Shown: positions 39,040-51,703 of the stretch, piece after piece
Numbering within the stretch: the stretch's first letter is position 1
Layout: every line of letters begins with the position of its first letter
DNA from: Octopus bimaculoides
Lineage: Eukaryota
Length of the DNA: 63,981 bases
Assembly: GCF_001194135.2 (NCBI RefSeq)
Contig: NC_068989.1
Span: forward strand, 3,335,890 to 3,399,870
Direction of reading: 5' to 3'
The notes under the pieces: model-generated
What the model saw: the letters and a program-made list of their open reading frames with translations, nothing else
The model's database searches: none
What the model was told of the DNA's origin: nothing
Position numbers and translations under genes: made by a program

Positions 39040-40095
39040 CTGAAAAATAACGAGAATAAGAAATAAAGATTAGAGAAATTTAAAGATTTATCAAATCATA
39101 TAACATACACAAACATAGGAATTTGGCAGAATTCAACGAATGAATAGAATAATGGTTGTATGTAAGAAATAGCATAATGTGTGTTGGGATGGCTGTGTGG
39201 TTAAAGAATTCACTTTGCAATTGGTGTTCTTGTGTTTGGTCTGTCTGCGCTGTACCTTCAACATTTGTCCTCTTGAGTTGACTAATGCCTCATGATTGAA
39301 ACATGATAGATAGAAACTGTGCCAGTCAGATGTAGATACACGTCTATCCAATTAGCACGTTAAAAAAGGCAGCTTTGTTATACATGTTAAATTACATGTG
39401 GTTCTTTGGGAAAAGTGTCTTCTACTATAGCCCTGGGCCAGCTGAAGCCGTCTGAGTGGATTTGGTAAATGGAAATTGAAAGAAGCCTGTCGTGTGTGTA
39501 TGCTCATATGCATGTGTGTTACTGTCTCCTTGATACTGTGTGATAGTCGTAAAACAAATGTCATCGTCAGGCAAGTGGTGTTCTTCATTTCCAACTTTTC
39601 TTGAAAACAGGTCTGGTCACGGGGGGGNNNNNNNNNNGGGGGGGATATTACCGTACTTGGAAACAGGTGAGGGTTGGTGACAGGAAGGGCATCCAGTTGT
39701 AGCACACCCACCTCAGCAAATTCCAGTTGACCCATGCAGGCATGGAAAAGAAGATGTTAAAACGACGATGATCACTATTGGGATTGATGTTATTAACAGA
39801 CGAGGCTCTGTGTATGTAGTTATTACGTAAGAGCAATCAGCAAAACATGTCAATCCCTTTGGCATCCACAGTAGATGAGCCCTCATTCAGTTCATAGGAA
39901 TTGGCTTGCAGTTCAAAATGTTGGACAGGGCCATCTCAGACAACAGCCAGTTGTTGTCAAGTGAACGAGTGCAGCAAAATTCTTCTTTGCCGATGCAGGT
40001 TTTCTGACTGAATTCACACAGTAAATAATTTAAAACTGAAAGTTATTTTTTGCCATTCTTTGTTACTAATCCATTTTCTTTTATTTCTTTTTTTT

Positions 40096-40270
40096 ATTCT
40101 TTTATTTGTTCCAGTCATTTGACTGCAGCCATGCTGGAGCACCACCTTTAGTCGAACAGACCGCCCCCAGGACTTATTCTTTGTAAGCCTAGTACTTATT
40201 CTATCGGTCTCTTTTGCCGCACTACTAGGTTACACGCCACCATTGGATGTCAAGCAATGGTGGGGGACAA

Positions 40271-40365
<95 letters not shown>

Positions 40366-40493
40366 CACAACAGGCTTTCAGTTTCCGTCCAAATCCACTC
40401 ACAAGGCTTTGGTCGGCCTGAGGCTACAAGGAGTGGGACTGAACCCAGAACCATGTAGTTGGTAAACAAGCTACTTACCACACAGCCACTCCA
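40096..40493 (-). mobile_element. SINE family A with an expanded (TA)n of about 90 bp
   Basis: Tail, long TA tract, head. Confidence 0.9.
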
Positions 40494-40750
40494 TGTGTGT
40501 GTATATATTTGTGTATGAAATACCAGCATTCAATAATAAATAAATAAATAAATAAGTCAGAGCTGCAATGAAAATACCTTGTATTATTTTGATTCCTATC
40601 AGTTGCTTCCCTTTACACCCAATTGACTTTGTTTTGCCTTCTCCTTTGGGATTGATAACGTAAATAGCAGTCAAAGAACACAATCAGATTAGTTTAGGAA
40701 TATTGAGCATGTATTGTTGCAACATAAACCACAGTTCATAATGATAGGAA

Positions 40751-40803
<53 letters not shown>

Positions 40804-42138
40804 AAGATTTTTAACATAGCAACAACAACAGCCACAGATTTTGCAAGAGAATATAACTCAACTATCCATTTCTCCCTTACACTGTTCTTATATAATATAT
40901 ATAATATATATATACCTCTGAGCAGACAAAGCATGAATATCACAACTTCCTAATATTACTCTCATATTAATTCATAGCATCAGACGTTTAAAGAAACAGA
41001 TTACTTACGATTCTATGACACAAATCATGGACTTTTATTATTCTATAGCAATGCTTCTGTATCAGTGTACACACACATATATACACACACATGCATATAT
41101 AAACATATACATGAGTATCCAAACACACATATATAAACATATATACATACACACAAATCCACATGCATAGACAAATGTATAGGTATATACAAATATATAT
41201 GCAGATGTATAAATATACAAATACCTACAGTTATACATACATGAAGAGAACATTAATAAGATTATTAGAAAATTGCCCAAATTGCCAAAATGTTGTCTAT
41301 GACAGAAATTGGTAAAAAAAGAAGAAATGCAAAAAAAAGAAAAAAAAAACCGAAATGGCAAGAGTAGTAAATGGAATGGAGTTGGGTTGGCACATAAAAG
41401 GTTAGAAATGATATTGGTGATTGATCGGTGATCGGTGATTATTGTATGGGGAAGGGGGGGGGGGGATGAAAAGAGAAAAAAAAAATGAGACCCACATACA
41501 CACAGGAATATTTTCATTAAAAAGCTAAGAAGAAAAGGACACTGAAGTCATTTATGGAAACAGAATTTGGAGTTGAGGGGGCGGCTGTAGGGGAACTGTT
41601 TTGTAAAGAAAGCTATTTGAGAACCAAGATGATAATGATCATATTAATAATAATAATAATAATATTATAATTTCTTTTATGAACCACATGGGCATAGATG
41701 AGGAGGAAGAAATGGAAAAGGTGGTGAAGCGTGATAAAAGTATACATAGTGTACGATACGATGTCTGTGATAACATGAATGATGCAGTCCTCCTGATGCT
41801 CCAGCTAGGGTCAATCAAGGAATCCTACAAATCCATGATTAACCTGACCACTAACGGTACAAGCCCTCCCTCTGATCTACAGGCGTATAAGAGTAGAACC
41901 ATTCACTCGACCCATTTTTGCCTCAGTCACCCATCTTTTCACAAATTCCCTGGATTGTAGCATCTTCTCTTGATTGAAGAGGTGGGTGTCTTTGCTCAAT
42001 CCTTTTAGCCTGATCCACACCACACAACCTCTTTCGCCATACAACAGAGGAACATTGCTTACCCTGCCTTGTTAAATAAAGGTAGGTAGTGGGGATAGTC
42101 AGATGAATGATAATAACAACAACAACAACAACAACAAC

Positions 42139-42171
<33 letters not shown>

Positions 42172-42446
42172 GATTTTTCCATCTACAACCACCACCACCA
42201 TCATCATCATTTAACGTCTGCCTTTCATGCTGGCATGGGTTGGACGGCTTGACTGGAACTGGCAAGCTGGGGGTGGGGTGGGTGTGGCTCCAGTCTGATT
42301 TGGCATGGTTTCCACGGATGGATGCTTTTCCTGTCACCCACTTTACAGAGTGTGCTGGGTGCTTTTACGTGACACTGCACAAGCGTCTTTATGTGACACC
42401 GGCATATGACTCTTGCTGGCCAATCCTCTTCACCAGGGGAAAGGGT

Positions 42447-42515
42447 CCTTAACACTTCTGCTGTGGAGAACGGGTTTTCTTGAGTACCCACAATTCCACA
42501 GCAGAAGCATTAAGG
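42447..42515 (-). other. 69-nt hairpin (pre-miRNA-like or TTAA mini-MITE)
   Basis: 22-bp stem ccttaacacttctgctgtggag / ttccacagcagaagcattaagg. Confidence 0.45.
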
Positions 42516-42615
42516 GTACAAAAAAATAATTTCTAATTTTTGCAAGAGACCAGTAATTCGGAGGAGAAAGGTCAGTTAATTAAATTGATCTGACTGCTTG
42601 ACTAGTACTTTATTT

Positions 42616-42865
42616 CAAGGCTGTGGAGTCAGAGTTGGAGTCAGTAAAACTATACCGACTCTGATTCTGACTCACAATATCTCTATTCTTTAATAAAAAC
42701 CAGTTATAACATAGAGGCCGACTCAAAGTACAAGCGTAAGCATAGGCTTTATGAGATACGTAGACTACAATCACTTAATTACATAAAGAGGAGTCGGAGT
42801 CAGAGGTGCCAATAGTAGGAGTCAGAGTCAGAGTCAAACTTTTTTGCTTCGAGTCCACAGCTCTG
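42616..42865. mobile_element. hAT MITE nested in a SINE
   Basis: TIRs caaggctgtggagtc / gagtccacagctctg; perfect 8-bp TSD ctttattt (42608-42615, 42866-42873); internal ggagtc repeats. Confidence 0.85.
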
Positions 42866-43619
42866 CTTTATTTCAATGACCTCAGAAGCATGAGGTGCAA
42901 GGCTGACTTCAGGAAGATTCGAACTCACAACGTAAACAGCCAGAAACAAATATTGCAAGGCATTTTCCCAACCATTAAAGATTCCGCCCATCCACTGCCC
43001 TAAACTGCAGCAATAAGAAGAATAACATCTACCTTGGGTACAAGGGGTTATATAGTTGGGAGGAGAAGGGAACAGCTGATTATATGAACAGCGATATTAA
43101 AATAGTAGACACCTTATCAACAGATCTTGTTAAGCACCAGTTTTAGAGAGAAAAAAAAATCCTCTGGTGCTTATGCCTAATATCTTTAGTGCTCTACCTG
43201 TGTGTGTGTGTGTGTCCTCTTCCTCTTTTCTTGCCCGTACTCATCTTTTTGCATTGCTTAAGCAGTTTTCCTTGCCTTATTTTTGTTGTTGTTGTACTCT
43301 CTCATTCTCTTTACTACAATATCAACACACACACACACAAATATACATGCACACATACAGACACACGTATACTATCAGACTGTTTAACAATTACTTTGAT
43401 ATGAAACTCCGGGTCCTTAAGTCACATACGGAGCATAACAAACAAATAACACACACACACACATGTAGGTGTATATATGACTGGGATGAACAGGATCTAT
43501 CGTTCCCCCCCCTTTCCCTATGTCAGCATCTCCACTCCCAACTGCACCCCCCTGCCACACACACACACATTCCCCTTCATCTTGTTTTAACTTTATACGC
43601 TTCCCACTCTTACACTCAC

Positions 43620-43664
43620 ATAACGATGACTCAATGTTGCGAACCAAAAGATAGATATGACAAG
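43620..43664 (-). CDS. Candidate 45-nt exon (LVISIFWFATLSHRY, or CHIYLLVRNIESSL)
   Basis: Strong acceptor gtgtttcttacttcttag| and consensus donor |gtgagt; length is a multiple of 3. Confidence 0.3.
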
Positions 43665-44883
43665 CTAAGAAGTAAGAAACACACAACACCATGCACAGGG
43701 AGAGCACACATGCACACACACACACACAACTACATGGACGCATACATGCATTGACATCCTAGTTGTGTGACAAGATCTATATATAGTCAAAAAAATATGA
43801 TACTATCTCAAGGTGGTTCGCTTTGGAGTTAATTATTCAATGGAATTTAGTCTTCAGAAAAAGAAAAAAAATGAAAATTCTTCACATTACCATTTCACTT
43901 TATGAATCAATGTCTCAGAATAGAAGAGACCACTAAGTACACACAAAACAAGGAGGCTTCATGTGGCTACGCTACAAGCAAGAAATAGCAGCCAAAGCCA
44001 ATAACTCTGTGGAATCACAGAGTCTTTGATCATTCATTTTAAAACCTGCATCTGATCCCATTTCAATGATTCTGATGCTTTTTAGTTAAAAAAAGGTCTC
44101 TGAGAAACAGGCATGAAATCACAAAGTTTGATTTAACCATTTAGTATTTAAAACAGCCATATCCAGCCAAAATATTCCACCCATTTTATATTGAAGAGGC
44201 TGGCTATATCCAGCCTCTTGCACCTACTCTACAATGTCAGTCTAAAAAATAACAATTACATCGTTGAAATCTCAAAACCACAATATAATGCATGATTAAT
44301 TTAAAACAATATGAATCACACATGGAATATAAATATACATCTGTATGTTTGTATTTAAAATGTGATTGAGTTAGGGAAGCATACGGCTATACAGGCAGAC
44401 ATCCATTCATACATACATAAAAGAGCTTTCCTCAGTTCAAAATGTGAATTTGTTTCTGTTAGTGCCAAAGATGAAGCTTTCTTTCATTGTTAGAACCAAG
44501 CTCCTTCCTTATTTGAAAGTGAGTTGCATCCATCTTATATGTCTGTGTGTCCTCATCTGTTTCTAATTATTTGAAATCTTCCTGTAATATCATTGCTTGA
44601 TTGTTCTCGTAAACATGATTGACATGGATGTAGAAACAATGGCACCTCTTGGAGCCAGTGTCCAGAGAGCTTACTACTCATGATGACACACGCTTCCGTT
44701 TGATCCTGGAATGTTTCATTGAATGTGTTGCCTGTTTTGGTCATAAGCTGACTTGTTAAAAAAAAAAAAGAAGTCAAGTGATACTTGTGCCTGGAGCAGA
44801 AAGGTTTTGCAAAGAGCTAATTCCACTGCTCTAAACAAGGCATGCATCTGTCCCGAAAGAACTCGTCAATATCATTGGATGTA

Positions 44884-45232
44884 CAAGGGTGAGTCAAAAA
44901 GTAATGCCATTTTGTTTAGGACAGGTATAATTACCAACAGAGGAACATGTATCATACATCAAAATGAAGCTGGTCCTCTGTGGATCACATCCCTACTTCT
45001 GAACATACTCACTGTTTCTCTCAATAGCAATGTTCCACCTTCAAATGAGAGCATGTATCCCTGCCCCGTAAAATTCTGTTGACTGTTCTTTGAGCCACTT
45101 CTTCACTACAGTTTTCACTTCCTCATCACTGGACTATCATCTCTTCAGCCCCATGAAAGAGGGTTTGAGAGGCAAACATTATTCCAGTGACGAGGAAGTG
45201 AAAACTGTAGTGAAGAAATGGCTCAAAGAACA
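44884..45232. mobile_element. Mariner transposase 3' fragment with internal inversion
   Basis: TA + TIR-like caagggtgagtcaaaaagtaatgcc. Minus strand reads SDEEVKTVVKKWLKEQSTEFYGAGIHALI*RWNIAIERNSEYVQK*; plus strand reads DYHLFSPMKEGLRGKHYSSDEEVKTVVKKWLKE, a mariner C-terminus. Confidence 0.85.
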
Positions 45233-45274
45233 CAACGTTTCGGCTGATATACCCTCCAGCCTTCATCAGGTGTC
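45229..45274 (-). ncRNA. Minimal type I hammerhead-ribozyme-like motif
   Basis: GACAC-CUGAUGA-A-GGCUG(gaggguauau)CAGCC-GAAAC-GUU-GUGUU: stem I 5 bp, stem II 5 bp, palindromic AACGUU in place of stem III. Confidence 0.65.
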
Positions 45275-45632
45275 TTGGGGGGAAATTTCGAACCTGGGTT
45301 CTCATTCCTAAGGTATTTTTCGATAGTATTATTACTATTATTCAGGTCACTACCTGGAATCGAACTTGGAATCTTGGGGTTAGTAGCCTGCGCTCTTAAC
45401 CACAGTGGTTAACAGTGCGGGCTATTAACCCCAAGATTCTGAGTTCGATTCCAGGCAGTGACCTGAATAATAATAACAACATTTCAAATACCTTAGGAAT
45501 GAGAACCCAGGTTTGAAATTTCCCCCAAGACACCTGATGAAGGCTGGAGGGTGTATCAGCCGAAATGTTGTGTTAACAACAAACAAGATGAGGACAAATA
45601 TCCGTCAAATGTAAATAATGTAAATAATGTAT
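45229..45632. mobile_element. Head-to-head inverted dimer of a tRNA-headed SINE carrying a hammerhead-like motif
   Basis: Left arm 45229-45403 is the reverse complement of the right arm from 45405 (junction aaccac-a-gtggtt). Head has A-box-like tggttaag and B-box gagttcgattcc. Confidence 0.85.
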
Positions 45633-45876
45633 ATAAGCATTCTATTTGATGGAATAATCTGAATGCTAAAATGTTAAATATGGATCACACATATATATAT
45701 ACATATATATACATATATATACACACAGATAAATTTGTGTCATCACATATTTAAAGATTTTATATCATCACAGAACATACAGATCCACCCACTTCCACTG
45801 TTTACGATCTTCTCACTTTTTCCCTCTCTTTCTTGCTTTTCACAATTAACTCAACCGATATTACACATTTCACAGG

Positions 45877-45912
<36 letters not shown>

Positions 45913-47072
45913 TCACAAGTGTCTCTCTCACTTATCACATTAAACACGACTGACATTATTACATATTTCAAATATGATATCACAGATCTGATCCCACTCA
46001 TCATCATATCGCCTCCCTGCCTCCCACATTGAAGTTTTTAACACTCTATGTCAAATATTTTAATTGCGTCATTACAGAACGTACAATCACTTCCATCAAA
46101 CATTTTTCCATTTGATCTGCTCATTAATGGAAGACTGAGGAGTTAGTTATTTCACTCCTTACATCTAGGTTTCTATCAATAATGATGTGTTGATAGATAT
46201 TTTCTGCTCTTTCCAGTCTTCCATAAGAAGTGTTGAACTCAACACTGGAAACTAACAAAACACTTGTGGACACAACTCATTGCAGTGAATCAATACACAA
46301 AAAAAGAAGTACATTGGTAGAATAGTTAAAACAGTTTTAGTCTACCAAATACACCCACATAGCTTTGGTCGACTCAAAGCTATAGAAGACACTTGCCCAA
46401 GGTGCCACTACACAGATGTGCCAACGCGGAAACCTCTATGTGGTCACACAATCTGCTAAAGATAGCAAATAATTTCCTTCAAACCATGATTATCATCTTT
46501 AAAAAAAAAAGTGTTGGATAACTTAATCCTTGATACATTGTCAGAAACTAATACAGGATGGTCAGAACTGGAATAGGTCTTCTTGATCAGAGCTGATATG
46601 AGATGTGTGCAAGCATCTTCTTTCTCAATGACGTTGTGGATGAGTGAAAACATTACATTTTACTCTGAAGAAACAATCAGACAATAATAATAAAAAATAA
46701 ACCATTGTGGTGTTGCCATGATGGTTTGTTGTTACTTCTGACTGATTTTCGTTTTGTGTTGAGTTCCAAACAGAGAGAGAAATTGGTCAAAACTAGTGAG
46801 AAATGTACAAGGATAAAATTAATTTAGTAATGAAAGCACTGATTGCAAAAGGTGTTCAGCTGAACCCCAGCTAGTTGTCTGATACCCAATTGCTGTGGCC
46901 ATCTCTTCTCCCACTCTCCCTCTCATGGCTATTCCACGTTATATAAGGGTGAGTAGGAGTAGCAGATGGTAAAGATGGTAAAGACGGGTTAACTTTCAAA
47001 AGATCCAGACCACTTCTTGCTCTAAGATGGTGCCCAAGAAACATCTTTGCTTTTTAATATCATTCACCTCTC

Positions 47073-48141
47073 AGGGCGGCGAGCTGGCAAAGTTGTTAGC
47101 ACACTGGGCGAAATGCTTAGTGGTATTTTGTCTGCCGTTATGTTCTGAGTTCAAATTCCGCCAAGGTCGACTTTGCCTTTCATCCTTTTGAGGTCGATTA
47201 AATAAGTACCAGTTACACACTGGGGTCAATCTAATCGACCGCCCCCTCTCCCAAAATTTCAGGCCTTGTGCCTAGACTAGAAAAGAACATTAATACATAG
47301 TCTACAGAGGCATGCATTTTCTCCAAGACTTCTCCTTCCTACCCATCTCTCCTTAGATTAAAACAGTGAATGGCTAACCTTCATGTCAAACTTCACATGT
47401 AAGAGAGTTAAGCCAGCAGTAGGACGTCTGGTTAAGTTGGCAGCTTAGCAAAGGTAAAGAAACCTTACCGAGAACAGAATGTGTGTGTGTGTGTGTGTGA
47501 ATGTATGAGGTGGAGGGCAGTGGGCAGGTGAATTACATAGCTACTGACTGACATAATCAGATTAAGAAAGGCTAATATTGACTCATAGCCAGAATGAGGA
47601 GGTCACTTGACCTTCTACTTTAAGCAATAAGCAAATACTACTACTACTACTACCACCACCACCACCACCACTACTACTAACAACAACAGTGAAAATATCC
47701 TCATAATTATAGTAATAATTTCTGAGGTTGGCTCAAAGCCAGACATTTGTAAGGGGTGCATGTAACCAATTAAATCAATCCTAGTAAAACACTGGGATGA
47801 ATTTACACTAGTAAATCCATGGACCCTGAAAGGATGAAAGTAAAGTTGACTGTGGCAGGATTTGAACTCAGAACACAACTACATAGATATTTAAATAGGC
47901 TGCTGTAACATTTATGCCATCCACCACCACCACCATCCTCTCCTTAAGTAATTCATTTGAGAAAAGGGCTAATTGATTACACTGACCCCCAGTATTTAAT
48001 TGGTACTTGTGTTATCAACCCTGAAAAGGGTGAAAGGCAAAGTCGACCTTGGTAGAGTTTGAACTCAAAACGTGAAGACAGATGAAATGTTGCTAAGCAT
48101 TTTAGCCCAGTGCTCTAACGATTCTGCCAGCTTGCTACCTT
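47073..48141. mobile_element. SINE B cluster: plus 47073-47287, minus ~47720-47875, minus 47970-48141
   Basis: Family B motifs in opposite orientations. Confidence 0.85.
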
Positions 48142-48541
48142 AATAATGGTAACAAAATTATGCTAATCATCATCATCATCATCATCATCGTCGTCGTCGT
48201 TTAACATCTGCTTTCCATGCTAGCATGGGTTGGACGGTTTGACTGTGTATATGGTCGACTTGAGGCTGTAGTAGGAGATACTTGCCCAACATGCCAAGCA
48301 GTGGGACTGAACCTGGGACCATGTTGTTCAGAAACCAGCTTCTTATCAGACTGTCACGTTTGCTTATGTTGTTTGTATTAATTTTAAATATGAGGAAGAA
48401 TTTAGTAAAACAACTTTGTCATTTCTAAGTTGGTCTTGGAGCAGAAATTTCGATGGGATGTGTTAATTTAGGGAGTTTGTGTCACCAGGCTCCACTCTGA
48501 TCTGGCAAAGTTTCTACAGCTGGATGCCCTTCCTAACACCA

Positions 48542-48600
48542 TGATAATGATTAATGACAAAGGCACAAAACTGATAATGATTAATGACAGAGGCACAAAA
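48542..48600. repeat. 30-bp tandem duplication
   Basis: tgataatgattaatgaca(a/g)aggcacaaaa x2. Confidence 0.9.
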
Positions 48601-48758
48601 GTTTTAACTCTTTAGGTACCAACCCATCTGAGACTTCCTTTCTTTTATGACACAAACTCAGGAAATCAATATTATGTATCTATCTATGTTGGCATTGTAT
48701 AACGTTTTAATTATGTAAAATTATTTTAATAAAACTTGACAACACGATTTTTGGCGAG

Positions 48759-48943
48759 CTTTCGTTTTGAGTACATTTTACGTCATTTCCAATCCACGTG
48801 CGTTTGTTTATGTTTCCATAAATAGGGTTACAGATGGAATTCCCTAACCCTAACACCCTTTTACGGAAAGCGACGATCTTGTTCAGAAACATAAACAAAC
48901 GCACGTGGATTAGAAATGACGTAAAATGTACTAAAAACGAAAG
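48759..48943. mobile_element. Fold-back element with 58-bp arms and telomere-like motifs in the spacer
   Basis: Arms 48759-48816 and 48886-48943 differ at 2 positions; spacer contains agggtta and ccctaaccctaac. Confidence 0.7.
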
Positions 48944-50474
48944 ATAGCTCAGAATTGTAAGTTCCTGTGTTTTAGCTATAAATCCGAAGAAATTTTAGAA
49001 AAAGTGAAAAATTATAAACAACAAAAAATTACGGCTGTGTATGCTTTATTCCGAAACTTTTCCCGCTCAGTCGTCCAATTTGCTGCAAAATTGGTAAACG
49101 CAAAACAGAACTATGTGTGGCAGCAGTGATGTGGTACAGAAATGTTTGGGTTAAAACGTGCTAATTTCCACTAATTCTTTGCGTATATTTTGGAAATAGA
49201 TACACCCCAAGATTTGTTGACAATTAGCTCTAAACGAAGACACTGCTGGTGCTGCTGTTGTTGATGTTGTCTAGCCTTGATCGAGTAAACAAACTTATAA
49301 CCAAAAACATTTCAGCTGAGCAGACAACTACGTAATCTAATGTGCTCCTTTTTTTAAGGAACAGACAAAAGAAAAAAGAAAGAAACGGGGGGGGGGGGTA
49401 TGATTAGAGAGAGATTTGGCTGCTCTTTTTAGCAAGTCGAATGACCACATGCAACAGGAGTTCCTAACGTGCTTTGTTCCATTCCAGTCAACGGTTTGAA
49501 ACTCACTTTACCCTCAACTTGTTTTGTTCCTTAATTTAAGTTCACATTTATTTCCACCCCGCAACACACACACGCCGAGATTAAAATTTTCAAAATAGTG
49601 TCTTTTTAACATTATTCACTTCAAATAAACGACAATCGCACATAATACGGTTATTTAACTTATTTACGAACAGATGTCAGGAAGGGACACTAAAAAATTG
49701 GCCGGGAAGCTTTAGTCTTCCATAAAATAAGACCACATCGAATTTTCAACAATAAAACGTTTTAACTGGAGAATGGAAATTCCTGACATAGCGGTGCGCT
49801 TAGTGGTGATCTCGTAACCATGGGTTGTGGGACTGAAACTGGAAAATAGCACCAGCCTCACCATCCCTACGTTAGATAATAGAGCCAATGTTTTGTTATG
49901 GGGTGGAGGGAGCTCGTTCGGGAATCTCCCCACCCCTACCACGATTATTAGTTGTCGGTGTTGTTTCTGTCATTTGTCAGACACATCGCAAATACCCCAA
50001 CAGAAGAAGGCGAAGAAGAACAGGAGAAGAAAAAGGAAAGAAGACGACGACGAGTGCTGTCATCATCGCAGCCGCCCCCAACATACCAACAACATCCACC
50101 ACTAATATTTCCCGTCTGAGTCACACTATAAACTATCAACGCAAACTTACCAATTCTACTGACCAATCCTTCGTTATATAAGAAGAGGATGTGGCCAAGT
50201 AAAATTATGAAAGAAATTTTTTTACTAAAGATGGTTATATTTTTTCTTGAATATATTTCGAGGATTTCTACGAAGCTAAAATATAAAAACAGTTGCGGGA
50301 TTTAAAAAAAAAAAGATGATCTTAATCGTTCCGAAATATTCTTAGCTTTTTGCATCTCGTTGAGATTTGTCAGTTTAAACTTCAGGACTTGAGGTATGGG
50401 CACCTTGAGTGGTCGCTTGGGGGCATCACCTCATGTACTTGGAATCTTCCAAAAATTCAGAAGGACAAGATGTA

Positions 50475-50716
50475 TTGGGTTGGTGCATAATTATTGCGGC
50501 TTTTTTTTTTTTATCAACAAATTTTATTCAACAAAAACATCTTTAAATGACGGTCTGACCGTCTGCCAAGCAAATGGGAAGCAGTAATTGAGGTAGATGG
50601 TGAATATGCTTCGGAATGATCATTTAAAGATGTTTTTGCTACATGTTGTGATTGTTTTTGTTGAATAAAATTTGTTGGAAAAAAAAAAAAGCCGCAATTA
50701 TTATGCACCAACCCAA
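50475..50716. mobile_element. Mariner-derived MITE (Hsmar1/MADE-like TIR)
   Basis: TA TSDs; long TIRs ttgggttggtgcataattattgcggc; internal LPSKWEAVIEVDGEYASE* remnant. Confidence 0.85.
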
Positions 50717-51554
50717 TAAGAATAATGAAGTGAAATAAAAAGAAAGTCCCTTCGCGGGATTGTTGCGTAGGCGATATAAACGGATGCGATCTCTCGTCTA
50801 ATCTGGATATAACAAAATAAGTATTTCCAGGAAACATAATGCTTACGACAGAAAGCCGTCAAGAGCCATCAGTCATACGTTATAGGATGTCGCACGATCT
50901 TCATTTAGAAACAATACTTTCGATACCTTATATGATCGCGAAAGAGTAAAGATTACGTAAGCTAAGGTTTATAGAAGTCATATCTATGCTCGTTTATGAC
51001 ATAAGGTATTAAATTCTTGGGCAATTTCGTCAAAAGAAAATTATATTGTGTGAATAAAGGTAGATACTGCAGGAGATATGAAAACATCTAAAGTCGAGAA
51101 AAAGGTTTTAGGATAATGTTATGTTATTTAGCATCTTATTCTTTGATTCTTTGGTTAATATTCTTTAATTTATTATAAATTTTTTTCTCCAAATCAACAG
51201 CGAATCATTCGGACTTTCTCTGACCAACCCATCCTCCATTCAACGTTAATTTGTTGTAAAAACGCTCTAAAACCATTGCCAATTATGTCGGTATGGTCTC
51301 TCTCTTTGCCTTAGCATTTTTCGGGGAGGGTCATATTTTGGCACAAGGCCAACTTCCCCTTAATTATATTAAGGAATTTTAAATGTTTATGCTGTATTTG
51401 AACTGTTGACTTTAGATTACGTATCGTAATAAACACTATTCCAACAGCTGCACTTCATCCACCTTGTGAAATTTTTTTAGAGGTTACACTTAAAGCTGCC
51501 CAAGTTCTTGAGCTTATCGAGAGCGCGGGCTCTGGACTGCTCTCCCTATTACAA

Positions 51555-51703
51555 CTTCGTTTCCTCATAATTTTTAGAAAAATAGGTATTTTTTAGTGAA
51601 ATTTTCTACAAATACCTTTCAGCTGCTGTAGATTACGATTCTATAAATATCATCTAAAAGGTATTTGGAGAAAATTTCCATTAAAAGCTATGAGGAAACA
51701 AAG
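51555..51703. mobile_element. Fold-back/MITE remnant
   Basis: Nested inverted arms cttcgtttcctcata / tatgaggaaacaaag and gaaattttctacaaataccttt / aaaggtatttggagaaaatttc. Confidence 0.55.

Noticed and set aside
44553-44777. 74-aa ORF with PLFLHPC, reminiscent of ATG10
   Set aside because: Too short a match with no surrounding similarity; a sub-exon remains possible but is unsupported.
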